Assembly (NCBI GenBank): GCA_030390025.1
Contig: JASTWF010000034.1
Location: 5,704,001 to 5,768,000, forward strand
Length of the DNA: 64,000 nt
Direction of reading: 5' to 3'
Source of the DNA: Squalus acanthias
Lineage: Eukaryota
Shown here: positions 1 to 13,826 of the stretch, in pieces
Layout of the letters: every line of letters begins with the position of its first letter
Position numbering within the stretch: position 1 is the first letter of the stretch
Position numbers and translations under genes: made by a program
Notes under the pieces: generated by a model
The model's input: only the letters and a program-made list of their open reading frames with translations
Told to the model about the DNA's origin: nothing
Database searches by the model: none

Positions 1-3000
1 GTACTGAACACTGGGGAACTCCACTGTATACCTCCCTCCAGCCCCCAGTACTGAACCCTGGGGAACTCCACTGTATACCTCCCTCCAGCCCCCAGTACTG
101 AACCCTGGGGAACTCCACTGTATACCTCCCTCAGACCCCAGTACTGAACCCTGGGGAACTCCACTGTTTACCTCCCTCCAGACACAGTACTGAACCCTGG
201 GGAACTCCACTGTAAACCTCCCTCCAGCCCCCAGTACTGAACCCTGGGCAACTCCACTGTATACCTCCCTCCAGCGCCCAGTACTGAACCCTGGGGAACT
301 GCACTGTATACCTCCCTCCAGACCCCAGTACTGAACCCTGGGGAACTCCACTGTATACCTCCCTCCAGACCCCAGTACTGAACCTGGGGAACTCCACTGT
401 AAACCTCCCTCCAGCCCCAGCTACTGAACCCTGGGGAACTCCACTGTCTTCCTCCCTCCAGACCCCAGTACTGAACCCTGGGGAACTCCACTGTATACCT
501 CCCTCCAGACCCAGTACTGAACCTGGGGAACTCCACTGTATACCTCCCTCCAGCCCCTGCTACTGAACCCTGGGGAACTCCACTGTCTGCCTCCCTCCAG
601 ACCCCAGTACTGAACCCTGGGGAACTCACTGTATACCTCCCCCCAGACCCCAGTACTGAAACCTGGGGAACTCCACTGTATACCTCCCTCCAGATCCCAG
701 TACTGAACCCTGGGGAACTCCACTGTATTCCTCCCTCAGGCACCAGCACTGAACCCTGGGGAACACCACTGTATACCTCCCTCCAGATCCCAGTACTGAA
801 CCCTGGGGAACTCCACTGTCTACCTCCCCCCAGTACTGAACCCTGGGGAACTCCACTGTATACCTCCCTCCAGACGCCACTACTGAATCCTGGGGAACTC
901 CACTGTACACCTCACTCCAGATCCCTGTACTGAACGCTGGGGAACTCCACTGTCTACCTCCCTCAGACCCCAGTACTGAACCCTGGGGAACTCCACTGTA
1001 CACCTCCCTCCAGACCCCAGTACTGAACACTGGGGAACTCCACTGTATACCTCCCTCAGACCCCAGTACTGAACCCTGGGGAACTCCACTGTATACCTCC
1101 CTCCAGACCCCAGTACTGAACCCTGGGGAACTCCACTGTATACCTCCCTCCAGCACCAGTACTGAACCCTGGGGAACTCCACTGTATACCTCCCTCCAGA
1201 CCCCAGTACTGAACCCTGGGGAACTCCACTGTATACCTCCCTCCAGCCCCAGTACTGAACCCTGGGGAACTCCACTGTATACCTCCCTCCAGACCCCAGT
1301 ACTGAACCCTGGGGAACTCCACTGTATACCTCACTCCAGATCCCAGTACTGAACCTGGGGAACTCCACTGTATACCTCCCTCCAGACCCCAGTACTGAAC
1401 CCTGGGGAACTCCACTGTACACCTCCCTCCAGACCCCAGTACTGAACCCTGGGGAACTCCACTGTATACCTCCCTCCAGACCCCAGTACTGAACCCTGGG
1501 GAACTCCACTGTATACCTCCCTCCAGACCCAGTACTGAACCCTGGGGAACTCCACTGTATACCTCCCTCCAGACCCCAGTACTGAACCCTGGGGAACTCC
1601 ACTGTATACCTCCCTCCAGACCCCAGTACTGAACCCTGGGGAACTCCACTGTATACCTCCCTCCAGACCCCAGTACTGAACCCTGGGGAACTCCACTGTA
1701 TACCTCCCTCCAGACCCCAGTACTGAACCCTGGGGAACTCCACTGTATACCTCCCTCCAGACCCCAGTACTGAACCCTGGGGAACTCCACTGTATACCTC
1801 CCTCCAGACCCCAGTACTGAACCCTGGGGAACTCCACTGTATACCTCCCTCCAGACCCCAGTACTGAACCCTGGGGAACTCCACTGTATACCTCCCTCCA
1901 GACCCCAGTACTGAACCCTGGGGAACTCCACTTTATACCTCCCTCCAGACCCCAGTACTGAACCCTGGGGAACTCCACTGTATACCTCCCTCCAGACCCC
2001 AGTACTGAACCCTGGGAACTCCACTGTATACCTCCCTCCAGACCCCAGTACTGAACCCTGGGGAACTCCACTGTATACCTCCCTCCAGACCCCAGTACTG
2101 AACCCTGGGGAACTCCACTGTATACCTCCCTCCAGACCCCAGTACTGAACCCTGGGGAACTCCACTGTATACCTCCCTCCAGACCCCAGTACTGAACCCT
2201 GGGGAACTCCACTGTATACCTCCCTCCAGACCCCAGTACTGAACCCTGGGGAACTCCACTGTATACCTCCCTCCAGACCCCAGTACTGAACCCTGGGGAA
2301 CTCCAATGGACACCTCCCACCAGACACCAGGACTGACCCCTGGGGAACCCCACTGTATACCTCCCTCCAGCCCCCAGGACTGAACCCTGAGGAAATCCAC
2401 TGAACGCCTCCCTCCCGTCACCAGTACTGAACCCTGGGGATCTCCACTGTATAGCTCCCTCCAACCCCCCCAGTAATGAACCCTGTGGAACAGCACTGTA
2501 TATCTCCCTGAAGCACACAGTACTGAACCCTGGGGAAATCCACTGTATACCTCCCTCCAGCCCCTGCTACTGATCCCTGATGAAATCCAGTGTATACCTC
2601 CCTCCAGACCCCAATACTGAGCCCTGGGGAACTCCACTCTATACCTCCCCCCAGGCACCAGTACTGAACCCTGGCGAACTCCACTGTATACCTCCGTCCA
2701 GAAACCCAGTACTGAACCCTGGGGAACTCCACTGTATACCTCCCTCTAGATCCTGATACTGAACCCTGGGGAACTCCACTGTATGCCTACCCCGAGACCC
2801 AAGTACTGAACCCTGGGGAACTCCACTGTATACCTCCCTCCAGCCCCCAGTACTGAACCCTGGGGAACTCCACTGTATACCTCCCTCCAGACCCCAGTAC
2901 TGAACCCTGGGGAACTCCACTGTATACCTCCCTCCAGACCCCAGTACTGAACCCTGGGGAACTCCACTGTATACCTCCCTCCAGCCCCAGTACTGAACCC

Positions 3001-6000
3001 TGGGGAACTCCACTGTATACCTCCCTCCAGACCCCAGTACTGAACCCTGGGGAACTCCACTGTATACCTCCCTCCAGACCCCAGTACTGAACCCTGGGGA
3101 ACTCCACTGTATACCTCCCTCCAGACCCCAGTACTGAACCCTGGGGAACTCCACTGTATACCTCCCTCCAGACCCCAGTACTGAACCCTGGGGAACTCCA
3201 CTGTATACCTCCCTCCAGACCCCAGTACTGAACCCTGGGGAACTCCACTGTATACCTCCCTCCAGACACCAGTACTGAACCCTGGGGAACTCCACTGTAT
3301 ACCTCCCTCTAGAACCAGTACTGAACCCTGGGGAACTCCACTGTATACCTCCCTCCAGACCACAGTACTGAACCCTGGGGAACTCCACTGTATACCTCCC
3401 TCCAGACCCCAGTACTGAACCCTGGGGAACTCCACTGTATACCTCCCTCCAGACCCCAGTACTGAACCCTGGGGAACTCCACTGTATACCTCCCTCCAGA
3501 CCCCAGTACTGAACCTGGGAACTCCACTGAATACCTCCTCCAGACCCCAGTACTGAACCCTGGGGAACTCCACTGTATACCTCCCTCCAGACACCAGTAC
3601 TGAACCCTGGGGAACTCCACTGTATACCTCCCTCCAGACACCAGTACTGATCCCTGGGGAACTCCACTGCATACCTCCCTCCAGACCCAGTATTGAACCC
3701 TGGGGAACTCCACTGTATACCTCCCTCAGACCACAGTACTGAACCCTGGGGAAATCCACTGTATACCTCCCTCCAGACCCCAGTACTGAACCCTGGAGAA
3801 CTCCACTGTATACATCGCTCGAGCCCCCAGTACTGTACTGTGGGGAACTCCACTGTACACCTCTCTCCAGCCCTCAGTACTGAAACCATGTTGAACTCCA
3901 CTGTATACATCCCTCCAGCTCCCAGTACTGTACGCTGTGGAACTGCACTGTATACTTCCCTGCAACGCCCAGTACAGCGTACTGGGTATGTCAAGTGTTT
4001 GCCTACCTCCAGCCCCCTGTTCTACACCCTGGGGAACTCCAATATATAACTCCCTTCAGCCCACAGAATTGATCGCTGGGGAACTCCACTGTATACCTCT
4101 CCCCAGACCCCAGTACTGAACCCTGGGGAACTCCACTGTATACCTTCCTCCAGCCCCCAGTACTGGACCCTGGGGAACTCCACTGTATACATGCACCCAG
4201 ACTCCAGTAATTTAAATCTGGGGAAATCCACTGTATACCTCCCTCCAGACCCCAGTACTGAACCCTGGGGAACTCCACTGTATACCTCCCTCCAGCCCCC
4301 AGTACTGAACCGTGGGGAACTCCACTGTGTTCCTCCCCCCAGCCCCCAGTACTGAACCCTGGGGAACTCCAATGTTAACCTCCATCCAGACCCCAGCACT
4401 GAACCCTGGGGAACTCCACTGTATACTGTATATTAGTGTTAGGTGGGGATTAAATATGTGGGGTTATGGGGATAGGATGGGATATGTTAGGGGGAATTAA
4501 ATACGTGGGGTTACGGGGGTAGGGTGGGATATGTATACAGTGGGGATTAAAGCAGGGACATGGTACTGGATTTGAATGATCAGCCATGATCGTAATGAAT
4601 GGTGGAGCAGGCTCGACGGGCCGAATGGCCTACTCCTGCCCTAGATTCTATGTTTCTATGTTTCTATGTTTCTATACCTACCTCCAGCGCCTGTACTGAA
4701 CCCTGGGGAATCGCCCTGTATACCTCCCTCCAGACCCCAGTACTGAACCCTGCGGAACTCCACTGTATGCGTCCCCCCAGATCCCAGTACTGAACCCTGG
4801 GTAACTCCACTATATACCTCCCTCCAGCCCACAATACTGAACCCTGGGAAACTGCACTGTATACCTCCTTCCAGACTCCAGTGCGTAACCCTGGGAAACT
4901 CCACTGTATACCTCCTTCCAAACCCCAGTACTGTACCCTCGGGAACTCCAAAGTATACCTCCCTCTTGACCCTGCTACTGAACCCTGGGCAACTTCAATG
5001 GACACCTCCCACCAGACACCAGGACTGAACCCTGGGGAACTCCAATGGACACCTCCCACCAGACACCAGGACTGACCCCTGGGGAACCCCACTGTATACC
5101 TCCCTCCAGCCCCCAGGACTGAACCCTGAGGAAATCCACTGAACGCCTCCCTCCCGTCACCAGTACTGAACCCTGGGGATCTCCACTGTATAGCTCCCTC
5201 CAACCCCCCCAGTAATGAACCCTGTGGAACAGCACTGTATATCTCCCTGAAGCACACAGTACTGAACCCTGGGGAAATCCACTGTATACCTCCCTCCAGC
5301 CCCTCCTACTGATCCCTGATGAAATCCAGTGTATACCTCCCTCCAGACCCCAATACTGAGCCCTGGGGAACTCCACTCTATACCTCCCCCCAGGCACCAG
5401 TACTGAACCCTGGCGAACTCCACTGTATACCTCCGTCCAGAAACCCAGTACTGAACCCTGGGGAACTCCACTGTATACCTCCCTCTAGATCCTGATACTG
5501 AACCCTGGGGAACTCCACTGTATGCCTACCCCGAGACCCAAGTACTGAACCCTGGGGAACTCCACTGTATACCTCCCTCCAGCCCCCAGTACTGATCCCT
5601 GGGGAACTCCACTGTATACCTCCCTCCAGACACCAGTACTAAACCCAGGGGAACTCCAGTGTATACCTCCCTTCAGACCCCAGTACTGAACCCTGGGGAA
5701 CTCGACTGTATACATCCCTCCAGCCCCCAGTAATGAACACTGGGGAACTCCACTATATACCTCCCTCCAGACCCCAGTACTGAACCCTGGGGAACTCCAC
5801 TGTTTACCTCCCTCCAGTCCCCAGTACTGAACCCTGGGGAACTCCACTGTATACCTCCCTCCAGACCCCAGTACTGAACCCTGGGGAACTCCACTGTATA
5901 CCTCCCTCCAGACCACCAGTACTGAACCCTGGGGAACTCCACTGTATACATCCCCCAGACTCCAGTACTGAACCCTGGGGAACTCCACTGTATACCTCCC

Positions 6001-9000
6001 TCCAGACCCCAGTACTGAACCCTGGGGAACTCCACTGTATACCTCCCTCCAGACCCCAGTACTGAACCCTGGGGAACTCCACTGTATACCTCCCTCCAGC
6101 CCCAGTACTGAACCCTGGGAACTCCACTGTATACCTCCCTCCAGACCCCAGTACTGAACCCTGGGGAACTCCACTGTAAACTCCCTCCAGCCCCTGCTAC
6201 TGAACCCTGGGGAACTCCACTGTATACCTCCCTCCAGACCCCAGTACTGAACCCTGGGGAACTCCACTGTATACCTCCCTCCAGCCCCAGTACTGAACAC
6301 TGGGGAACTCCACTGTATACCTCCCTCCAGACCCCAGTACTGAACCCTGGGGAACTCCACTGTATACCTCCCTCCAGACCCCAGTACTGAACCCTGGGGA
6401 ACTCCACTGTATACCTCCCTCCAGACCCCAGTACTGAACCCTGGGGAACTCCACTGTATACCTCCCTCCAGACCCCAGTACTGAACCCTGGGGAACTCCA
6501 CTGTATACCTCCCTCCAGACCCCAGTACTGAACCCTGGGGAACTCCACTGTATACCTCCCTCCAGACCCCAGTACTGAACCCTGGGGAACTCCACTGTAT
6601 ACCTCCCTCCAGACCCCAGTACTGAACCCTGGGGAACTCCACTGTATACCTCCCTCCAGACCCCAGTACTGAACCCTGGGGAACTCCACTGTATACCTCC
6701 CTCCAGACCCCAGTACTGAACCCTGGGGAACTCCACTGTATACCTCCCTCCAGACCCCAGTACTGAACCCTGGGGAACTCCACTGTATACCTCCCTCCAG
6801 ACCCCAGTACTGAACCCTGGGGAACTCCACTGTATACCTCCCTCAGACCCCAGTACTGAACCCTGGGGAACTCCACTGTATACCTCCCTCCAGCCCCCAG
6901 TACTGAACCCTGGGGAACTCCACTGTATACCTCCCTCCAGACCCCAGTACTGAACCCTGGGGAACTCCACTGTATACCTCCCTCCAGACCCCAGTACTGA
7001 ACCCTGGGGAACTCCACTGTATACCTCCCTCAGACCCCAGTACTGAACCCTGGGGAACTCCACTGTATACCTCCCTCCAGACCCCAGTACTGAACCCTGG
7101 GGAACTCCACTGTATACCTCCCTCCAGCCCCAGTACTGAACCCTGGGGAACTCCACTGTATACCTCCCTCCAGCCCCCAGTACTGAACCCTGGGGAACTC
7201 CACTGTATACCTCCCTCCAGACCCCAGTACTGAACCCTGGGAACTCCACTGTATACCTCCCTCCAGCCCCCAGTACTGAACCCTGGGGAACTCCACTGTA
7301 TACCTCCCTCCAGACCCCAGTACTGAACCCTGGGGAACTCCACTGTATACCTCCCTCCAGACCCCAGTACTGAACCCTGGGGAACTCCACTGTATACCTC
7401 CCTCCAGACCCCCAGTACTGAACCCTGGGGAACTCCACTGTATACCTCCCTCCAGACCCCAGTACTGAACCCTGGGGAACTCCACTGTATACCTCCCTCC
7501 AGACCCCAGTACTGAACCCTGGGGAACTCCACTGTATACCTCCCTCCAGACCCCAGTACTGAACCCTGGGGAACTCCACTGTATACCTCCCTCCAGACCC
7601 CAGTACTGAACCCTGGGGAACTCCACTGTATACCTCCCTCCAGACCCCAGTACTGAACCCTGGGGAACTCCACTGTATACCTCCCTCCAGACCCCAGTAC
7701 TGAACCCTGGGGAACTCCACTGTATACCTCCCTCCAGCCCCAGTACTGAACCCTGGGGAACTCCACTGTATACCTCCCTCCAGACACCAGTACTGAACCC
7801 TGGGAACTCCACTGTATACCTCCCTCCAGACCCCAGTACTGAACCCTGGGGAACTCCACTGTATACCTCCCTCCAGACCCCAGTACTGAACCCTGGGGAA
7901 CTCCACTGTATACCTCCCTCCAGACCCCAGTACTGAACCCTGGGGAACTCCACTGTATACCTCCCTCCAGACCCCAGTACTGAACCCTGGGGAACTCCAC
8001 TGTATACCTCCCTCCAGACCCCAGTACTGAACCCTGGGGAACTCCACTGTATACCTCCCTCCAGACCCCAGTACTGAACCCTGGGGAACTCCACTGTATA
8101 CCTCCCTCCAGCCCCAGTACTGAACCCTGGGGAACTCCACTGTATACCTCCCTCCAGACCCCAGTACTGAACCCTGGGGAACTCCACTGTATACCTCCCT
8201 CCAGACCCCAGTACTGAACCCTGGGGAACTCCACTGTATACCTCCCTCCAGACCCCAGTACTGAACCCTGGGGAACTCCACTGTATACCTCCCTCCAGAC
8301 CCCAGTACTGAACCCTGGGGAACTCCACTGTATACCTCCCTCCAGCCCCCAGTACTGAACCCTGGGGAACTCCACTGTATACCTCCTCCAGACCCCAGTA
8401 CTGAACCCTGGGGAACTCCAATGTATACATGCACCCAGACTCCAGTACTGAACCCTGGGGAAATCCACTGTATACCTCCCTCTAGACCCCAGTACTGAAC
8501 CCTGGGGAACTCCACTGTATACCTCCCTCCAGCACCCAGTACTGAACCCTGGGGAACTCCACTGTATACCTCCCTCCAGCCCCAGTACTGAACCCTGGGA
8601 ACTCCACTGTATACCTCCATCCAGCCACAGTACTGAACCCTGGGGAACTCCACTGTATACCTCCCTCCAGACCCCAGTACTGAACCCTGGGGAACTCCAC
8701 TGTATACCTCCCTCCAGCCCCCAGTACTGAACCCTGGGGAACTCCACTGTGTTCCTCCCCCAGCCCCCAGTACTGAACCCTGGGGAACTCCACTGTATAC
8801 CTCCCTCCAGACCCAGTACTGAACCCTGGGGAACTCCACTGTATACCTCCCTCCAGACCCCAGTACTGAACCCTGGGGAACTCCACTGTATACCTCCCTC
8901 CAGACCCCAGTACTGAACCCTGGGGAACTCCACTGTATACCTCCCTCCAGACCCCAGTACTGAACCCTGGGGAACTCCACTGTATACCTCCCTCCAGACC

Positions 9001-12000
9001 CCAGTACTGAACCCTGGGGAACTCCACTGTATACCTCCCTCCAGACCCAGTACTGAACCCTGGGGAACTCCACTGTATACCTCCCTCCAGACCCCAGTAC
9101 TGAACCCTGGGGAACTCCACTGTATACCTCCCTCCAGACCCCAGTACTGAACCCTGGGGAACTCCACTGTATACCTCCCTCCAGACCCCAGTACTGAACC
9201 CTGGGAACTCCACTGTATACCTCCCTCCAGCCCCCAGTACTGAACCCTGGGGAACTCCACTGTATACCTCCCTCCAGACCCAGTACTGAACCCTGGGGAA
9301 CTCCACTGTATACCTCCCTCCAGACCCCAGTACTGAACCCTGGGGAACTCCACTGTATACCTCCCTCCAGACCCCAGTACTGAACCCTGGGGAACTCCAC
9401 TGTATACCTCCCTCCAGACCCCAGTACTGAACCCTGGGGAACTCCACTGTATACCTCCCTCCAGACCCCAGTACTGAACCCTGGGGAACTCCACTGTATA
9501 CCTCCCTCCAGACCCCAGTACTGAACCCTGGGGAACTCCACTGTATACCTCCCTCCAGACCCCAGTACTGAACCCTGGGAACTCCACTGTATACCTCCCT
9601 CCAGACCCCAGTACTGAACCCTGGGGAACTCCACTGTATACCTCCCTCCAGACCCCAGTACTGAACCCTGGGGAACTCCACTGTATACCTCCCTCCAGAC
9701 CCCAGTACTGAACCCTGGGGAACTCCACTGTATACCTCCCTCCAGACCCCAGTACTGAACCCTGGGGAACTCCACTGTATACCTCCCTCCAGACCCCAGT
9801 ACTGAACCCTGGGGAACTCCACTGTATACCTCCCTCCAGATCCCAGTACTGAACCCTGGGGAACTCCACTGTATTCCTCCCTCCAGACCCCAGTACTGAA
9901 CCCTGGGGAACTCCACTGTATACCTCCCTCCAGACCCCAGTACTGAACCCTGGGGAACTCCACTGTATACCTCCTCCAGACCCCAGTACTGAACCCTGGG
10001 GAACTCCACTGTATACCTCCCTCCAGACCCCAGTACTGAACCCTGGGGAACTCCACTGTACACCTCCCTCCAGACCCTGCTACTGAACCCTGGGGAACTC
10101 CACTGTATACCTCCCTCCAGACCCCAGTACTGAACCCTGGGGAACTCCACTGTATACCTCCCTCCAGACCCCAGTACTGAACCCTGGGGAACTCCACTGT
10201 ATACCTCCCTCCAGACCCCAGTACTGAACCCTGGGGAACTCCACTGTATACCTCCCTCCAGACCCAGTACTGAACCCTGGGGAACTCCACTGTATACCTC
10301 CCTCCAGACCCCAGTACTGAACCCTGGGGAACTCCACTGTATACCTCCCTCCAGACCCCAGTACTGAACCCTGGGGAACTCCACTGTATACCTCCCTCCA
10401 GACCCCAGTACTGAACCCTGGGGAACTCCACTGTATACCTCCCTCCAGACCCCAGTACTGAACCCTGGGGAACTCCACTGTATACCTCCCTCCAGACCCC
10501 AGTACTGAACCCTGGGGAACTCCACTGTATACCTCCCTCCAGACCCCAGTACTGAACCCTGGGGAACTCCACTGTATACCTCCCTCCAGACACCAGTACT
10601 GAACCCTGGGGAACTCCACTGTATACCTCCCTCCAGACCCCAGTACTGAACCCTGGGGAACTCCACTATACCTCCCTCCAGACCCCAGTACTGAACCCTG
10701 GGGAACTCCACTGTATACCTCCCTCCAGACCCCAGTACTGAACCCTGGGGAACTCCACTGTATACCTCCCTCCAGACCCCAGTACTGAACCCTGGGGAAC
10801 TCCACTGTATACCTCCCTCCAGACCCCAGTACTGAACCCTGGGGAACTCCACTGTATACCTCCCTCCAGACCCCAGTACTGAACCCTGGGAACTCCACTG
10901 TATACCTCCCTCCAGACCCCAGTACTGAACCCTGGGGAACTCCACTGTATACCTCCCTCCAGACCCCAGTACTGAACCCTGGGGAACTCCACTGTATACC
11001 TCCCTCCAGACCCCAGTACTGAACCCTGGGGAACTCCACTGTATACCTCCCTCCAGACCCCAGTACTGAACCCTGGGGAACTCCACTGTATACCTCCCTC
11101 CAGACCCCAGTACTGAACCCTGGGGAACTCCACTGTATACCTCCCTCCAGACCCCAGTACTGAACCCTGGGGAACTCCACTGTATACCTCCCTCCAGACC
11201 CCAGTACTGAACCCTGGGGAACTCCACTGTATACCTCCCTCCAGACCCCAGTACTGAACCCTGGGGAACTCCACTGTATACCTCCCTCCAGACCCCAGTA
11301 CTGAACCCTGGGGAACTCCACTGTATACCTCCCTCCAGACCCCAGTACTGAACCCTGGGGAACTCCACTGTATACCTCCCTCCAGACCCCAGTACTGAAC
11401 CCTGGGGAACTCCACTGTATACCTCCCTCCAGACCCCAGTACTGAACCCTGGGGAACTCCACTGTATACCTCCCTCCAGACCCCAGTACTGAACCCTGGG
11501 GAACTCCACTGTATACCTCCCTCCAGACCCAGTACTGAACCCTGGGAACTCCACTGTATACCTCCCTCCAGCCCCCAGTACTGAACCCTGGGGAACTCCA
11601 CTGTATACCTCCCTCCAGACACCAGTACTGAACCCTGGGGAACTCCACTGTATACCTCCCGTCAGACCCCAGTACTGAACCCTGGGGAACTCCACTGTAT
11701 ACCTCCCTCCAGCCCCAGTACTGAACCCTGGGGAACTCCACTGTATACCTCCCTCCAGACCCCAGTACTGAACCCTGGGGAACTCCACTGTATACCTCCC
11801 TCCAGTCCCCAGTACTGAACCCTGGGAACTCCACTGTATACCTCCCTCCAGACCCCAGTACTGAACCCTGGGGAACTCCACTGTATACCTCCTCCAGACA
11901 CCAGTACTGAACCCTGGGGAACTCCACTGTATACCTCCCTCCAGCCCCAGTACTGAACCCTGGGGAACTCCACTGTATACCTCCCTCCAGACCCCAGTAC

Positions 12001-13278
12001 TGAACCCTGGGAACTCCACTGTATACCTCCCTCCAGACCCAGTACTGAACCCTGGGGAACTCCACTGTATACCTCCCTCCAGCCCACAGTACTGAACCCT
12101 GGGGAACTCCACTGTATACGTCCCTCCAGACCCCAGTACTGAACCCTGGGGAACTCCACTGTATACCTCCCTCCAGACCCCAGTACTGAACCCTGGGGAA
12201 CTCCACTGTATACCTCCCTCCAGACCCCAGGACTGAACCCTGGGGAACTCCAGTGCATACCTCCTCAGACCCCAGTACTGAACCCTGGGGAACTCCACTG
12301 TATACCGCCCCCCAAGACAACAGTATTGAACCCTGGGGAACCCACTGTTTCCCTCCCCGCAAGACAACAGTATTGATCCCTGTGGAACTCCACTGCATAC
12401 CTCTCCCCAAGACATCAGTATTGAACCCTGGGGAACTCCACTGTATACCTCTCTTCAGACCACAGTACTGAACCCTGGGGAACTCCACTGTATACCTCCC
12501 TCCAGCCCACAGTACAGAACCCTGGGAAACTCCACTGTATACATCGCTCCAGACCCCAGTACTGAACCCTGGGGAACTCCACTGTATACCTCCCTCCAGA
12601 CCCCAGTACTGAACCCTGGGGAACTCCACTGTATACCTCCCTCCAGACCCCAGTACTGAACCCTGGGGAACTCCACTGTATACCTCCCTCCAGACCCCCA
12701 GTACCTGAACATGGGAGCTCCACTGTATCCCTCCCACCAAGCCCCCAGCACTGACCCTGGGGATCTCCACTAGTATACCTCCCCCCAGCCCCCCGAGTAC
12801 TGAACCCTGGGTAGCTCCACTGTATACCTCCCCCAGACCCCAGTAGCTGAACCCTGGGGAACTCCACAGTATACCTCCCTCCAGACCCCTGTTACTGAAC
12901 CCTGGGGAACTCCACTGTATACCCTCCCTGCCAACCCCAGTACTGAACCCTGGGGGAACTCCACTGCTTAGCCTCCCTCCAGGACCCCAGTACTGAACCC
13001 TGGGGAACTCCTCTGTATTCCTCCCTCCCAAACCCCAGTACAGATCCCTTGGAACTCCACTGTATACCTCCCTCCAGCCCCAGTACTGAACCCTGGGGAA
13101 CTCCACTGTATACCTCCCTCCAGCCACAGTACTGAACCCTGGGAACTCCACTGTAACCTCCCTCCAGCCCCAGTACTGAACCCTGGGGAACTCCACTGTA
13201 AACCTCCCTCCAGACCCCAGTACTGAACCCTGGCGAACTCCACTGTAAACTTCCCTCCAGCCCCTGTACTGAACCCTG
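1..13278. repeat. 47-bp tandem satellite, consensus (+) ACCTCCCTCCAGACCCCAGTACTGAACCCTGGGGAACTCCACTGTAT, derived from CR1 RT coding sequence; left block, cut by window edge and assembly gap
   Basis: 47-bp period read directly (e.g. from 1561). Three monomers give the 47-aa cycle WREVYSGVPQGSVLGSGGRYTVEFPRVQYWGLEGGIQWSSPGFSTGV in the minus-strand ORF track. Confidence 0.98.
4427..4672 (+). mobile_element. ~250-bp 5'-truncated retroposon (SINE-like G-rich body plus CR1 3' tail), copy 1 of 5
   Basis: Ends GATCAGCCATGATCG…GGCCGAATGGCCTACTCCTG…(TTCTATGT)3, closely matching the 3' end of the CR1 at 49015-49130. Flanked by TATAC at 4422-4426 and 4673-4677. Confidence 0.85.
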
Positions 13279-13778
13279 NNNNNNNNNNNNNNNNNNNNNN
13301 NNNNNNNNNNNNNNNNNNNNNNNNNNNNNNNNNNNNNNNNNNNNNNNNNNNNNNNNNNNNNNNNNNNNNNNNNNNNNNNNNNNNNNNNNNNNNNNNNNNN
13401 NNNNNNNNNNNNNNNNNNNNNNNNNNNNNNNNNNNNNNNNNNNNNNNNNNNNNNNNNNNNNNNNNNNNNNNNNNNNNNNNNNNNNNNNNNNNNNNNNNNN
13501 NNNNNNNNNNNNNNNNNNNNNNNNNNNNNNNNNNNNNNNNNNNNNNNNNNNNNNNNNNNNNNNNNNNNNNNNNNNNNNNNNNNNNNNNNNNNNNNNNNNN
13601 NNNNNNNNNNNNNNNNNNNNNNNNNNNNNNNNNNNNNNNNNNNNNNNNNNNNNNNNNNNNNNNNNNNNNNNNNNNNNNNNNNNNNNNNNNNNNNNNNNNN
13701 NNNNNNNNNNNNNNNNNNNNNNNNNNNNNNNNNNNNNNNNNNNNNNNNNNNNNNNNNNNNNNNNNNNNNNNNNNNNNN
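13279..13778. other. Assembly gap of 500 N
   Basis: Run of N; round size suggests a scaffolding placeholder. Confidence 1.
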
Positions 13779-13826
13779 CACAGAGTGGGTCTATACTTAG
13801 GGACTCCACAGATGGAGTCACAGAGT

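Noticed and set aside
1562..1574. CCTCCCT (PRDM9-like) and chi-like GCTGGAGG motifs in the monomer
   Set aside because: Does not fit CCNCCNTNNCCNC, that motif is specific to human alleles, and the sequence is simply the inherited W-R-E codons.
13802..13819. GACTCCA-CAGA-TGGAGTC hairpin next to the gap
   Set aside because: A single 7-bp stem with no supporting context; could easily be chance.
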